Origin: Eledone cirrhosa
Taxonomy: Eukaryota
Assembly: GCA_964016885.1 (NCBI GenBank)
Contig: OZ024741.1
Coordinates: 149,978,001 to 150,042,000, forward strand
Reading direction: 5' to 3'
DNA: 64,000 bases
Part shown: positions 40,886-55,159 of the stretch, in pieces
How positions within the stretch are numbered: the stretch's first letter is position 1
Layout of the letters: each line of letters starts with the position of its first letter
The notes under the pieces: generated by a model
The model's database searches: none
Told to the model about the DNA's origin: nothing
What the model saw: only the letters and a program-made list of their open reading frames with translations
Translations under genes and position numbers: made by a program

Positions 40886-41837
40886 GCGAAATAGACATAT
40901 GACGAACGATGCCTTTCTTATTTAAGCGACTTTAGTTTTCGCTCTTGAATTTTAAATCTGTATTGTACAGACTTTCCCCAAAACAATCTTAAATAAATTA
41001 GTTTTTGAAACATTTATTAAATTTCCTGGAAAAATCTGTCGTCCAAGGAAACGCCTTTTTTTGTGACACACCTCGCCCACTCCTTTTCCTTGAGCTAGCT
41101 CGAGGGTCTTTTTTATTCCACAACGTTAGTAAATGAAAGCATTTTGTTGTTATCTTCGCTTTGTTGATATATTTTTTCATTCAAATTAATGTTTCCTTCG
41201 CTGTCTTTTTCCATGGTTTTCCATGTGTTCTGTTGTATAAGGGTAAGTATAAGTACAAAATCCACTCCATGTTTGATTATATATTTTTTTTCGTAAGAAA
41301 TTAATTTTAAAGCGCGCGTGTTTACGAGACTATTGAAGCCACTGTCATTACCGTAACACCTCTTCCTGCCACTCTCGAGGCGACCATCTTCTATAGGGAG
41401 CTCGGTGAAACCTGACAATATTCAGCCAGCAACAACAAACGAAATTCTATTAAAAATGTCAAATTTACATTTTCTATTTACAGTTTTTTCCATATTCCTT
41501 CCACCAAATTTCACATTCTCGCAGACACGAATACGCAAAACATATTTTCTCACTTATTTTCTTTGTCTCTTGTTCAAATCCATGTTTGTCTCCAATAATA
41601 ATAAAAAATGTAAGAGAAAAAAAAAAAGAAAAAGAAAAATTGCTTTCAAATTCATCTGGAACAAGTTTCAGCTGTGTATTTTCTTATAAAAAATAATTCA
41701 ATTAAGCAGAATACTCCGGAGATCCTCCCGCACGCTCCTCCCAAAACAACAAAAAAACATTGTCTGTATCTGTTCTTCTATCTGTAGCTGGTAAATGTCT
41801 TATCTTTGAAAGTTCTTTTGTGCACGTATATATATAT

Positions 41838-41969
<132 letters not shown>

Positions 41970-42109
41970 GTAAATCTATCATTCGAAGCTGAAGCTTCTT
42001 GAACAGCAAACCTGAATTTAACGAAATTCATAACTTAGACACTAGACCCCCAATCTGTTATAAGTATACCACATCCTTCAGGAAGAAAGTGGACGGAAAA
42101 TAAACTACC

Positions 42110-43350
42110 GAAATCTGGGGAAAGCCCAAGGGTTGATCAAATCTGCAAAAAGCCCAGCGATTGATCAAATCTATTCTGATTTTCCAAAAACTGGGAGCAA
42201 AGTAACCGAAGGAAGTATTTATAGAATTGTTTAACTAATTATCTCAAAGGGATGTGCGACCTAATCCTTCGAAGAAGCTGGTATCGTGGTTCTGTACAAG
42301 AAAAGAGACCCCAGATAATGCTGTAACTGTAGATCCGTAAGCTTACTTGGTCATACCTTTAAATTGCTTGTGAGTATTGTCACAAAGAAGTTCAAAGATG
42401 ATCTATACACAAGCTTTCAGATCCGCAAGCTGATTAAAGACCAGTAAAAGTTTCTACCGAACAGATCATCAGTCTAGAACAGTTTGATCGATAACTCAAT
42501 AGAATTCAATAGACCTTTATTTATTGATTTCACTGGAGGCCTTCGACAGCGTCAGATTATTTCCCGTATAGCCACTTCTTGTATCGATTTACCACACGTT
42601 ACTAACATATAAATGTTTAAAAGCTACAATCAAATGTAATATTGGTAGCTTAAAACCTACAGATATATGGGAAAGAGTTAAAGCAAGGGTATATTTTTTC
42701 TCCCTTGCTGTTCTACACTGTTATTGCAGCGTTGATATATAAGGAAGAGGAAGGAGCATGGGAGATACAAAGCTTTGAGGATGGTAGCGAAGAAGTAATA
42801 AAATCGGGCACTTTCTAGTCGGACAAACGATTTCAAATGTCAGTTAAGTTAACAACACAGCAATCAGCAGCTTCAGCATTGAGAAACTTTAGGTCTGCTA
42901 ATATACACAACAAAAGCAAAACATATGTCCACATTAAAAGGGGTCGATAAAATAAAGTACCAGTAATACACTGGGTAATTGCTGGCCTTGTGCCTAAAGT
43001 AGAAACAATTATATTAAACATAACAGCTAACGAAGAAACGCATCAATGAAGTTACTGAATTTGTATACTTGTGTTATAAATTATTCAACACAAATAACCA
43101 CTCCATTGCAGTGAACCATAGGATTACACAAGGATAGGTCGCATTCAGCAAGAAGCAACACAGCCTAAAACCAACGAGGACTTCTATGAAAATTAAGAAA
43201 ACCTTTTACGATATCTATATACTCTTTGTCTATGGTATGGCATGCATTACATAGACGAAATCTCTGGTTCATTCGTTACATGGTGGACTTTAAAAGTCAT
43301 ATTATGTACTTTATGCCAGGCAGTAAACTAACTGACCTCAAACACATCCC
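42110..43350 (+). mobile_element. Highly degraded LINE (RTE-like) RT remnant with a nested SINE fragment at about 42938-43015
   Basis: Traces of GKAQGVDQI, FIDF..AFDSV and VKQG...SPLLF. Confidence 0.5.
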
Positions 43351-43602
43351 TAACCTTTGAACTATATCCAGCCTTTCTCCCACAGAACCGTACTTAAAAT
43401 CTATATAACCTTAAAACAATTTGGGCACATTAAAATATTCAATGAAGTCCTATCCAAGGTTTGTCTTATAAAGAATAACAATACATCTTTAGCCAAACAA
43501 ACAGCAATTCAGTTTTCTTTGGATTCCGAAATTTAATTCATATCTTCTCTCCATTTATACACAATATACTCTCTTTGCAAACACATATATGTATAAATAT
43601 TC

Positions 43603-43691
<89 letters not shown>

Positions 43692-43844
43692 TAAGATGTA
43701 TGGTCGGTCATATGTGAATCGCGATGATCACGTCTGACCTACCAAATATGTGACGGTAGCTAGTTAAGCTCTATGCGTATACGCAGAGCAGAAATATTTG
43801 TGAAAAAGAACAAAGGAACAATTATGACATTACAACAAGTTTAT

Positions 43845-43891
43845 TGCCGACAGCCGTTTCGTCCGACCACATGGTGGGACTTTTCAAGGCA
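43845..43891 (-). ncRNA. Hammerhead-like motif with variant core UUGAAAA
   Basis: tgcc-TTGAAAA-gtcc cacca tg tggtc ggac-GAAA-cggctg-TC-ggca; all three stems pair. Confidence 0.7.
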
Positions 43892-44536
43892 TACAACATG
43901 TGACTGTAAGATCATTATCTACCTCCACGCATCACTCAAGGCTAGCAGTTTGAAATTGTGGTATACATCAGCAGCTCGGCTTGTATAGTTGGGGTCTATA
44001 TTCTAAGGGGGCTCTTTTATATTAGTTGTCGGGGTCAGGGATTGAAGGTTAAAAATTAGATAATATATAATTTACGCATTGACAGTAAACTAAAAGACTT
44101 GGGGTCCCTTAGAAGCACCTCAAAAAATCCCTCAATAAGTGCATAAAGCTTACAGGCTCCAATAAACCTACTAAACTAGAAGAAATTAAGAGGCTAATAA
44201 AGTAAAAAATAAAAATATAAAGTTTCCCTAAAAAAATATATAAAGTTTCCTATGGAATTCCTTCTAGAGAAAAAAGTTTTTTTCCGAAAGAAAAAAACTT
44301 TCTTCCCCCGAGATCACGTTTACAAATTTCAGAAAGCTTACGAAGTTTTGATATTCCCTACTAGGTTGAAAGAAACAAATCAATTAAAGGTTAATTCAAA
44401 GAGCCTTCTATAGTTCTCTCAGAAAAGGCCCCTTTAATATTTTTAATAGGAACCTCCTCCGAGAGACCCTTCGAAGAATTAAAATTTTAGAGAGCCTTTA
44501 AGGATATATATAAAACCGAATATATATATATATACA

Positions 44537-44765
44537 CAGGGTGTCCCAAAATAATGTATACATACTTCAACAGCATTCTAATAAATATTGCCTGTACAGG
44601 TAATCAAAGTGTGTATATATTATTTGGGACACCCTGTATATATACACAAACGCATATATACACATACAGTGTGTCCCAAAATAATGTATCACACTTCAAC
44701 AGTATTCTAATAAATATTGCCTGTACAGGTAATCAAAGTGTGTATATATTTTTGGGGACACCCTG
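44537..44765. mobile_element. Two tandem Tc1/mariner-type MITEs of about 100 bp (44537-44636, 44667-44765)
   Basis: TIRs cagggtgtcccaaa / tttgggacaccctg followed by TA. Confidence 0.85.
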
Positions 44766-44773
44766 TATATATA

Positions 44774-45694
44774 TCTATATATATAAAACTGAGGATGTCT
44801 GTGTGTGTGTGTGTGTGTGAGTGAGTTTGAATCCCTAAAACTCGAGAACCACCCAACCGACTGTTTTCAAACTTTACACATGTAATACTTATGTTTCAGG
44901 GAGTGTTCTGAGCAAAATGAATTTCAAATTGTCAATGCCCTAGGGACCGCATTAGGCGATTTAGCGATATCTCTCTATAATTCTTAGTCTTTCTCTTTTT
45001 AGATAGATACATACATATAACGTCGCGCCCTTATAATATCTGTCTGTATGTCTGGCTCTCTGCATTACGTCACTTCCCTGAGGATGTCTGTCTGTGTGTG
45101 TGTGTCTGTGAGTTTGAATCCCTAAAACTTGAGAAGTACCCAACCGATTTTTTTCATACTTTACATGTGTATTACTTATGTTTCAGGGAGTGTTATGCAC
45201 ATAAATTCAACTTTTTGATCCCCTAGGGCCTGCATTAGGTGAAAAACTGCGTTTTTTCAGCTTTTTAGGGTTTTTTTGAGGCGTTACGTCAGACCGATTT
45301 CCTTGAAATTGTAACTATGTATTAGTCAGTCTCTTCTTTATACCGTGAGCAAAGAAAATCCAACTTTTTTATGGCCTATTAGGTGAAAAACTTAATTTTT
45401 TCAACTTTTTAGGGCTTTTTTGAGGCGTTACGTCTAGCCGATTTTCTCGAAATTTCAAGGCATATTATGCACATAAAATAAATTAATTTTCTTGATCCCT
45501 AGGGCCCGCATTAGGTGAAATTCTGCATTTTTCCTGTTTCTTCGAGTAAAATCTTAAAGATTATCCAGCCATCAGAGTATTCAGTTTATTTTATTTTCAT
45601 ATTGTCCAGGCATGCAGTTTTTCCACGATTAGGTCTGTTAGTGGCCCGCGTTCCAAAATACCTTATCCCGCGCAACGCCGAGTACCACTTCTAG
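44774..45694 (+). mobile_element. Non-autonomous Helitron
   Basis: 5' TC(tatatatataaaactg); 3' GC-rich hairpin-like cccgcgcaacgccgag then CTAG; inserted between A and T; internal duplications. Confidence 0.75.
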
Positions 45695-46344
45695 TATATA
45701 TATATTTATATATATATATATATATACATTAAAGTATTATTTACGTATACGTGTATATGCTTATGGATTACAAGCATAATTTTCAATTTGAAATCTAAAT
45801 AACAGTTTACTTCAGCAATTCTATTATCCAGATACTGAAACACACATATGCACACACACATACACATACACATACACACAACCATATATATAGTTGTATT
45901 ATTAGATAAATATGCATTATCATCCAGAAAAATATATATTGTATTCATGTGTTCATCGTTCTACTTTGCTTGGTTGTTGTCGATTATCTTCCCTTGCTTG
46001 ATTGTTCGTGTTTCTTTCGATAATAATATATTACCGGAGAGCAGAGAAACCTTTCAAACGATAAGTAATCATTCTTATCATCAGTTTTAACATCTCTTCC
46101 AGGTCTTTCCATGTAAAATGAAGACATATATAGCCACTCGCACACATACATACACACACATACACTCACACATACACTCACATACACTCACACATATATG
46201 CATACATAGCATTCATATATTGATATATAACGTAAACGTGCACACACATACACACATATACATCTCTCTCTCTCAATATATATATACATATATTAGTCTA
46301 TCTATTCATCTATCAGTAAATATATGCATATTTGTATATGTATA

Positions 46345-46453
<109 letters not shown>

Positions 46454-47389
46454 TTACACATATGCACACAAACACACACACGCACATATATTCATGCATA
46501 TATGTATATGTATGTAATTAGTGTGTGAAGTTGCAAGAAACGTAATGGTTTTATATTTTAATATTAGAATTCTATTTATGTTTCTTTTATTTATTCAATG
46601 TCTGTTTATCAGATTTAAAAAATTTAATGAAAAATACAAGCTGTTGTAATGTTTGATAAGAACAACATCAGATGATTACTGTTCATATATTACGAAGAAC
46701 ACACATTCGCATACAAATCGTAGGAATTTCCAGACGATAGGCGATGAAGCAATTTGTGCCGTTTTTATTCCTTTTCTTTGTCTTCCAAGTTAATTTTCTT
46801 AATCTATAGTCTTTTTGTGCAATTTGTTTTCCATATTTATACCCCAAACACTACACAGAGATCGTTTTACTAATACTAATGTATTTTATTATCTGCAATT
46901 CTCACTATCTTTCCTTTCTATCTTCGTGATAAACGCTTCACTCTGTATCTGTCTTTCCCTTTACTTCTTGTTAGCCAATACAGTCCCGTATTTTCTTTTT
47001 TTAAGTTCTACTGCTGGGTTGTTACATCCAGGCACTGTTTCTTACTTCTTCTCTTCCTCTATGATTAACATCCTGATTTTCTATTTCTCTCTTCCCTAGC
47101 GTTATTTGTGTGCACAATCATCCTCCGCTTTTTTTCTTGGACAAAAGACCTCTATACAAATCTTTTTCCGTTTACAGTTGTCTGCTTGACATAGTTATCA
47201 TCTGTCTTGTTTTATGAGTCCCATTTCATATCTTTGGTGTAGGTTACATATCGTTCCCTAGTAGCTATTTAAAAAAAAAAAAAAAGTAATGCTTTTAGGC
47301 GCTGAAATACTAAGGTTCTTCGCATAATAGCTGATGATTGAGATTTGTAGCAGGTGTTATTCGTTTTCCATGTCGTATATATATATGTG

Positions 47390-47518
<129 letters not shown>

Positions 47519-47593
47519 GTGTGTGTGTGTACATATGTATATGTATGTACATATAGATATATATGTATTTACAGGTATAAACATATATGTATG

Positions 47594-47652
<59 letters not shown>

Positions 47653-47900
47653 GAAGGTCACTCTGTGATTTCATTTAATTCAGAAAAGTGCCTCCAGTTC
47701 AGGAATCATTAGAAAAGCTAAGCTTCTACAACGTGGCTGGAGAAATTGTATTTTAAATGGAAATACGAAGATTTAATCTATTTTTTACAAATATATTAAT
47801 GTTATTTGTATGAGTGTGTCTGTATGGACACGTGCGTCTGTCTGTTGTGTTTTGTTTGCGTATATATATACATACATACATGTATAAATATATATGTATA

Positions 47901-47974
<74 letters not shown>

Positions 47975-48067
47975 TATATAATATATAAATATATATATAT
48001 ATATAAGTATATATATATATATAAATATATATATATACACACACACATATATATATATATATAAAAG

Positions 48068-48099
<32 letters not shown>

Positions 48100-48359
48100 A
48101 GTATATTATTCAATTTCTTATAACATAGCTATGATGTTTTAGTAAAGCAAGTTGACAGTTCACTAATTACTGTAGTAATATCAAGACCAATCATATATGC
48201 AGAATTTTGGTTAGGTGTGTGTGTGGGAAATCTTAAGAGGTAGGAAACATCGCAAAATTCCACTTTCAGTCGCTATATGTATTCCTAAACACATACACAC
48301 ATACGCGCACATACACCCATACACACATATAGACTCACATATATATATATATATATATA

Positions 48360-48908
48360 TATCATAAAACATGTCTATAGAATCACAAGATAAAATATAT
48401 ACTATTTCCTCTCCCAATTAGCGTAATTAACTATATAAAAACTCGAATAGACCAGGCTATAAGAATGAGGCTTCTTTGAAGAAATCTCCGACAAATAACC
48501 AAAACTAGCCCTTCGCGTCGGCCGTAGCGGAATATTTATCAAATATTTCGACAGCGTAATCGCCCAGATACAGTCAAATAAACAGAATTAGGTGTAAAAT
48601 AAACTAGGAGAAAATAGAATACATTTAAATACCTCTACCATGGTTTCATCCGTATTTTGAGTCATCCAATAATTATGTAATAATTATATAAACTCGAGCG
48701 CCGGATTCATCAGGAAGTTCGCTCTTATCTATACACTAAATTTTCCAAAGTGATCGCGCCAAGAATTCATTCAAAATGGCTAAAAATCGTGACGTAGTCG
48801 CGGTCAAGTTGGAAGGGGTGTGGTAGTTGCTTACGACTTGTGGCATTTTTGCTAGAAAGCACAGCACAATACAGCCAAATTTGTATCTCAACCTAATGGG
48901 AGATTATT
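48360..48908 (-). mobile_element. About 550-nt non-coding HHR-bearing element (family D, copy 2); 3' end repeated at about 49015-49100
   Basis: Homologous to 37668-38200; direct repeat of tcataaaacatgtctatagaatc...aactatataaaaa. Confidence 0.8.
48631..48718 (-). ncRNA. Type I hammerhead with long loop II
   Basis: acttc-CTGATGA-atccg[49 nt]cggat-GAAA-ccatgg-TA-gaggt. Confidence 0.85.
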
Positions 48909-49431
48909 ACATATAAAAGTTTACATATATATATACATATATATACATATACGTGTTTTGCAACTGGTCACTTTGTGGCTCAATGAAAAATTAATAAATT
49001 ACATAATCAGAGCTATATATCATAAAACATGTCTATAGAATCACAAGATAAAATATATACTATTTCCTCTCCCAATTAGCGTAATTAACTATATAAAAAT
49101 ATATATACATATAAAATACAAATTTAACTAGGAAATAAATTTAAATATTTGGAAGCCCGACAATGCGTGTGAGATTATAAATGTCAAGGTAATAGGAATT
49201 AGAGAAAATAGGATAAATGGGCTGAGAAAAGAGTGAGAATGGTAGAAGTTTACCATAGCAATTTTATTGATCGCAAATACTTGCGGATTTAGCATCCATT
49301 ATCAGGGGAAGCAGTGGGTAGTGACTTAGAGAGGAATTTGAGAAGAATTTGGTAAAGATATCCAAAGTGTAGAGCACTCAGTCAATGGGACGAGGTTTTA
49401 TATATTTGATACTACAACGAAGACAAAACAC

Positions 49432-49495
<64 letters not shown>

Positions 49496-49705
49496 TTTAC
49501 GTATCGAGAAAGAGAGAAAAAGGAGGGATAGGTGATACATATAGTTATTTGCCAAGTAGCGTATGCCAAAGGTGCTCGATACTAGTGCCGGCAGTATTAA
49601 ATATTCGAAGTGTTAATATTTAGTGGGCTAGAGAGTTAGCAGAGCGTAAGCACGTGGGAAAGTAAAAAATCGGAGAATAGACCGTTAAAACATGTTTATT
49701 TAAAA

Positions 49706-49750
49706 TATCACCTACGTACGTTTCGCCCAGTTGGGCTTCTCAAGGGCATA
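49706..49750 (-). ncRNA. Hammerhead-like motif, variant core UUGAGAA
   Basis: Reverse complement of 51145-51189. Confidence 0.55.
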
Positions 49751-51144
49751 AATAATCACAAGTGTTCCTTATATAGTTCGGAAAGAGTTTTGGGGGTTAA
49801 ATCTACATCAAGATTCATTGCTCGCAAAAATATCTTGTTTTGATTTTGCAGCAGGTCAAGGGAGGTAACTCTGGCCGGTGTTAGGGCAGTCTTTCCCGGA
49901 TAATTTTTTTTTTTTTTTTTTTTGCCGCATCCGTTTGTCTGAGGCTGGGTCTGGTATGCAAGGATTGTTTTCTGGGTGTTATTTTGCTGCGCCTGCCCGC
50001 CGGGGTGTTAAGACTTGTTGCAGGGAGATCCAGTGTACTATTTCACTCTTCATTCTTAACCCATCTAAAGAAGGATATTTTTAAGCGATGTGTACAACTT
50101 ATCGCTGTTTCAGCTCTGCTGTTAATGAGCTCGTGGGGTGCAGTTATGATGTGGTAGAGCTCCATGAGGCAAAGATCGCATTTCCTCTTGAAGTTGTACG
50201 GTGCAGCCCTGCCGACAATCTCCCACTGCGTGGAGAAGCTGATGTTTAAGTCCTTTAGTGATGTGATGTAGTCCGCGAGCGAAGTGGAGTGCCTTAGTTT
50301 TCTATTTGTGAAAGAGTGGAGATGTGTTCGAAACGTAATTTTGAACGGGCCGGAGGTGGCCCATATATAATGTTTAACGCTATTGTGGCTAGTAATAGTG
50401 CATCTATATATAACCCTATCAGTCAGGCAGTATCCTCTAAGGGGGCAGCGTCCTCTGTCGCGGCAGTTGCAATTTCTGTCGCGGTTCCGTATGCACTATT
50501 ACTAGCCACAATAGCGTTAAACATTATATAGGGGCCACCTCCGGCCCGTTCAAAATTACGTTTCGAACACATCTCCACTCTTTCACAAATAGAAAACTAA
50601 GGCACTCCACTTCGCTCGCGGACTACATCACATCACTAAAGGACTTAAACATCAGCTTCTCCACGCACTGGGAGATTGTCGGCAGGGCTGCACCGTACAA
50701 CTTCAAGAGGAAATGCGATCTTTGCCTCATGGAGCTCTACCACATCATAACTGCACCCCACGAGCTCATCAACAGCAGAGCTGAAACAGCGATAAGTTGT
50801 ACACATCGCTTAAAAATATCCTTCTTTAGATGGGTTAAGAATGAAGAGTGAAATAGTACACTGGATCTCCCTGCAACAAGTCTTAACACCCCGGCGGGCA
50901 GGCGCAGCAAAATAACACCCAGAAAACAATCCTTGCATACCAGACCCAGCCTCAGACAAACGGATGCGGCAAAAAAAAAAAAAAAAAAAAATTATCCGGG
51001 AAAGACTGCCCTAACACCGGCCAGAGTTACCTCCCTTGACCTGCTGCAAAATCAAAACAAGATATTTTTGCGAGCAATGAATCTTGATGTAGATTTAACC
51101 CCCAAAACTCTTTCCGAACTATATAAGGAACACTTGTGATTATT

Positions 51145-51189
51145 TATGCCCTTGAGAAGCCCAACTGGGCGAAACGTACGTAGGTGATA
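51145..51189 (+). ncRNA. Hammerhead-like motif, variant core UUGAGAA
   Basis: tatgccc-TTGAGAA-gccca ac tgggc-GAAA-cgtacg-TA-ggtgata; stem I is imperfect. Confidence 0.55.
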
Positions 51190-51241
51190 TTTTAAATAAA
51201 CATGTTTTAACGGTCTATTCTCCGATTTTTTACTTTCCCAC

Positions 51242-51301
<60 letters not shown>

Positions 51302-51395
51302 GTGGAACACTGGAAGGTAATATCCGTAGTGGTAGAGCACTCAGTCCATGGGACGAGTTAGGTAGAAGTAGTTACTCAACAGTTAGTTCACCATA

Positions 51396-51435
51396 CCGAG
51401 AACAATTGTTTCACCTTAGCGGATCCTCAGCTCGG
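51396..51435 (-). ncRNA. pLTR hammerhead
   Basis: ccgag-CTGAGGA-tccgctaaggt-GAAA-caattg-TT-ctcgg. Confidence 0.7.
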
Positions 51436-52299
51436 AATGGGCATGGTTATAGGAACAGGAAGGACAACCGTACGAACGCGCATGCGCAGAAACCCGGTCA
51501 CTTCACACAAGCAATACTAGAATGCGTGCGAGTAGTGTAAGGGAGATAACTGCGAAAGTCCGAAAAGTTTTTAGTTGAAAATGAAATTACAAAGAATCAG
51601 TCCGGGGCCTTGTAGTTATGCAATAGGTGTTTGGCGACGTGTGGACAACGTGTGAAAAATTCATTTCTCGTATTTAGGCAATCACTATTGCGTAATCTAT
51701 TTAGAATAGTTATTCGTTCGTCAATACATAAGCCACACGTCGGACTTCCCCTTGCGTATAGCTTGGACTTAGTGATGGCTTTCCATTGAAGACTTAGCTT
51801 CTACCTTCAATGAGTTAGGACTTAAGATAACAGTAGCTACTAACCTCTCTCGCGTAGATTTCTTAGACATTAATTTAGACCTTCGCACATACACCCACAG
51901 ACCCTTCCATAAGCTAAACGCGAAACTCAATTACATTCACAAGGACACATGCCACCCTCCCACTGTTTTTAGAAACTTCGTTAAGAATATTAGTACTAGA
52001 ATCTCAAACCTCTCCTCTAATAAGGCTATCTTTGACAGGGCGGCACCCTACTATAATACGGCGTTGATTAACAGCGGCTTCTCACAACCTATCACCTACT
52101 CTCCCACTAGCAACACCACCATTAGGAAAAGTAAGCGCAACAATAGACAAACTATCTGGTTCTCTCCTCCCTTCTCATTCAACGTTAAAACCAATGTAGG
52201 AAAATTCTAGCCCTCTTAGATAGACACTTTCCCATAGGTTATAAATACCGCTCCATCTTTAACCGACACAAAGTAAAACTAGGATACTCCTGCGTTAAG

Positions 52300-52800
52300 A
52301 ACACGAAGGCCCACATCACCAGCAGCCCTAGGAGCAACAACCCATCAGGGTGCTCTTGCCGTAAGCCTGCAGCATGCCCCCTTCAACAGCAATGCAACAC
52401 ACCAGCTGTAATTTACGAAGCTGTGGTCACTTCCAACCGACCAAACAAACCACAGGAGGTCAAATCCTATGTGGGCATGGCGGAGGGCCGTTTTAAGGAA
52501 CGTTTCCTGAATCACCAGTCTCCCTTCAGGTACCCGGACAGACGTTCATCCACGAAACTCGCGAGCCACGTATGGTTCCTCAAGGACTCAAGTATAGACT
52601 ACTCCATTCAATGGAAAGCCATCACTAAGTCCAAGCCATACGCAAGGGGAAATACGACGTGTGGCTTATGTATTGACGAACGAATAACTATTCTAAAGAA
52701 ATTACGCAATAGTGATTGCCTAAACACGAGAAATGAATTTTTCACACGTTGTCCACATGTCGCCAAACACCTATTGCATAACTACAAGGCTCCGGACTGA
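52300..52800 (+). pseudogene. GIY-YIG endonuclease domain of a PLE
   Basis: VIYEAVV...KSYVGMAEGRFKERFLNH...STKLASHVW.LKD...CGLCIDE...LNTRNEFFTRCPH. Confidence 0.85.
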
Positions 52801-52962
52801 TTCTTTGTAATTTTATTTTTCAACTAAAAACTTTTCGGACTTTCGCAGTTATCTCCCTTACACCTCTCGCACGCATTCTAGTATTGCCTGTGTGAAGTGA
52901 CCGGGTTTCTGCGCATGCGCGTTCGTACGGTTGTCCGTCCTATTCCTATAACCATGCCCATT

Positions 52963-53002
52963 CCGAGCTGAAGATCCGCTAAGGTGAAACAATTGTTCTC
53001 GG
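52963..53002 (+). ncRNA. pLTR hammerhead
   Basis: ccgag-CTGAAGA-tccgctaaggt-GAAA-caattg-TT-ctcgg. Confidence 0.7.
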
Positions 53003-53033
53003 TATGGTGAACTAGCTGTTGTGTAACCACTTC

Positions 53034-53520
<487 letters not shown>

Positions 53521-54171
53521 AGCGGAAGAGAGATACTTAAGCGTTATTTGAGTATTCTTAATATACACACACAGATGCACACACATATATATATATACAA
53601 CTTTGACATGTAGGGATATCAAATATATTATGATATAAGAAGAGGATTTAAAGCTGAATGTGTTTATATAATCTGCAATTAAAAAGAGCAAATACATCCG
53701 ATGCAAAATCCACAAACTAAAGTCCAATAAATTCAATGAATATAACTTCACAGAGCATTAGTAATTAAAAAAAATATTGAACCAAAGATAGATGTGGGAT
53801 AAAATTTATTTATTCACTTTACGCGCTTGTCAATAGTTGCAACAATATAAATGCCAGAAATACAAATGTACGTATATACTACACTATACCGATTAAAATA
53901 TATAAGGAGAAAAAAAATACAGACTTAAGGATAAGAACTCGGTCGCTGTTTTCATCCCTTTTGCTGCTATTTCATTGAATCTTGTTGAACAAGTTACTGC
54001 CTCATACTGTAATGAAGTTGTCAATTATTTTGATTTCATACATAGGTTATACATCTGTTTTCTCCATCAACATGCAGATGGGAAAATCTAATGGGCTATT
54101 TAAAAGGTATGGAAAGAGCAGTAATTATGAAGTATATGTCAAACACACATTGGTCAGCAAGAAATATAAGT

Positions 54172-54275
54172 AACGCATGTGTAAAGTTTGAAAAAAATCG
54201 GTCGGGTACTTCTCGAGTTTTAGGGATTTACACAGACAGACAGACAGACATCCTCTGTTTTATATATATATATAT
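54172..54275 (-). mobile_element. Helitron 5' fragment related to 44774
   Basis: Minus strand tatataaaacagaggatgtctgtctg...atccctaaaactcgagaagtacccgaccgattttt. Confidence 0.65.
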
Positions 54276-55159
54276 AAAATGCTATGAGTGTGCCAAAATA
54301 TTTGATGTTTCTATTTTTTTACATTACTTTCATTAAAGTAGCTTGTAATGCAAATATTGTTCATTTATATTTTTTAAAGAATTAACAAATTTGGTAATTC
54401 TTTCTTACGTGTTCATAAACTGACTTTTTATGAGGGTTATACTTTTTACTTTCCGTAAAAGAGCCTATCAGGAAATCTACCAATCTCGAATTTATGCTTT
54501 TAAATATTTACTATACAGGTGGGCGGTGGAAAACTTTTCCTTGTGAAAGTGGGTGATGATGCAAAAACGGTTGGGAATCCCTGTTCTACTTACTAGAAAC
54601 ATCTTGTAAATCACATTACAAATATATGATTACTATTATCAATACCTAATCAACACATCTAAGGGATACTTAACAACGCACTTAACAAAAAAATGAAAGA
54701 TTAACCTTTCTTAACTTACCATCTGTGACCCATAAAACAAAACAAAAAAAGAACAACGGCAAAAAATAAAATATATATATATAAAAGATTAAAATAAAAT
54801 ATAATATTTTTACAAACACTACCGATATCACAATCTACATATTTCGAACCCACCAACTTTCACACAAAAAAAATACACACAAAACCACATAAAAAAACTA
54901 ACGAGATATAACACCCCTAAATCCTATCTTGAACGTCTGTTTAAACTTACAACTATAGACTCCAACTACTATCTATAAACACATTTCATTTCAAACCGAA
55001 TAATCCCTATCTACTTACAACTTTAAAAGAATTAACTTCAACACCTAGAACAAAGAACATCATATACACTTCATCACCAGTAATAATATAAATCCTGACA
55101 AAGGCGCAATAACTTAAATGCTAGATCAAATAAACCCATTACCTCTGTGCCTTAATATA

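Larger units (their letters stand above)
49495..51243. mobile_element. Head-to-head palindrome of a 5'-truncated Penelope-like element (GIY-YIG + pLTR)
   Basis: Arms 49652-50403 and 50491-51243 are near-identical, with an 87-nt spacer. Encodes CNCRDRGRCPLRGYCLTDRVIYRCTI..HYIGATSG..CDLCLME..LINSRAE. Confidence 0.88.

Noticed and set aside
42445-42480. CTGATGA..GAAA on the minus strand
   Set aside because: Lies within a LINE RT remnant, and the stems do not pair.
43990-44520. TA/AA-rich odd-composition stretch, possibly an old PLE coding remnant
   Set aside because: No motif could be read confidently.
49270-49312. CTGATAA-tggat/atccg hairpin on the minus strand
   Set aside because: Lacks GAAA and has an altered core; at best a dead motif.
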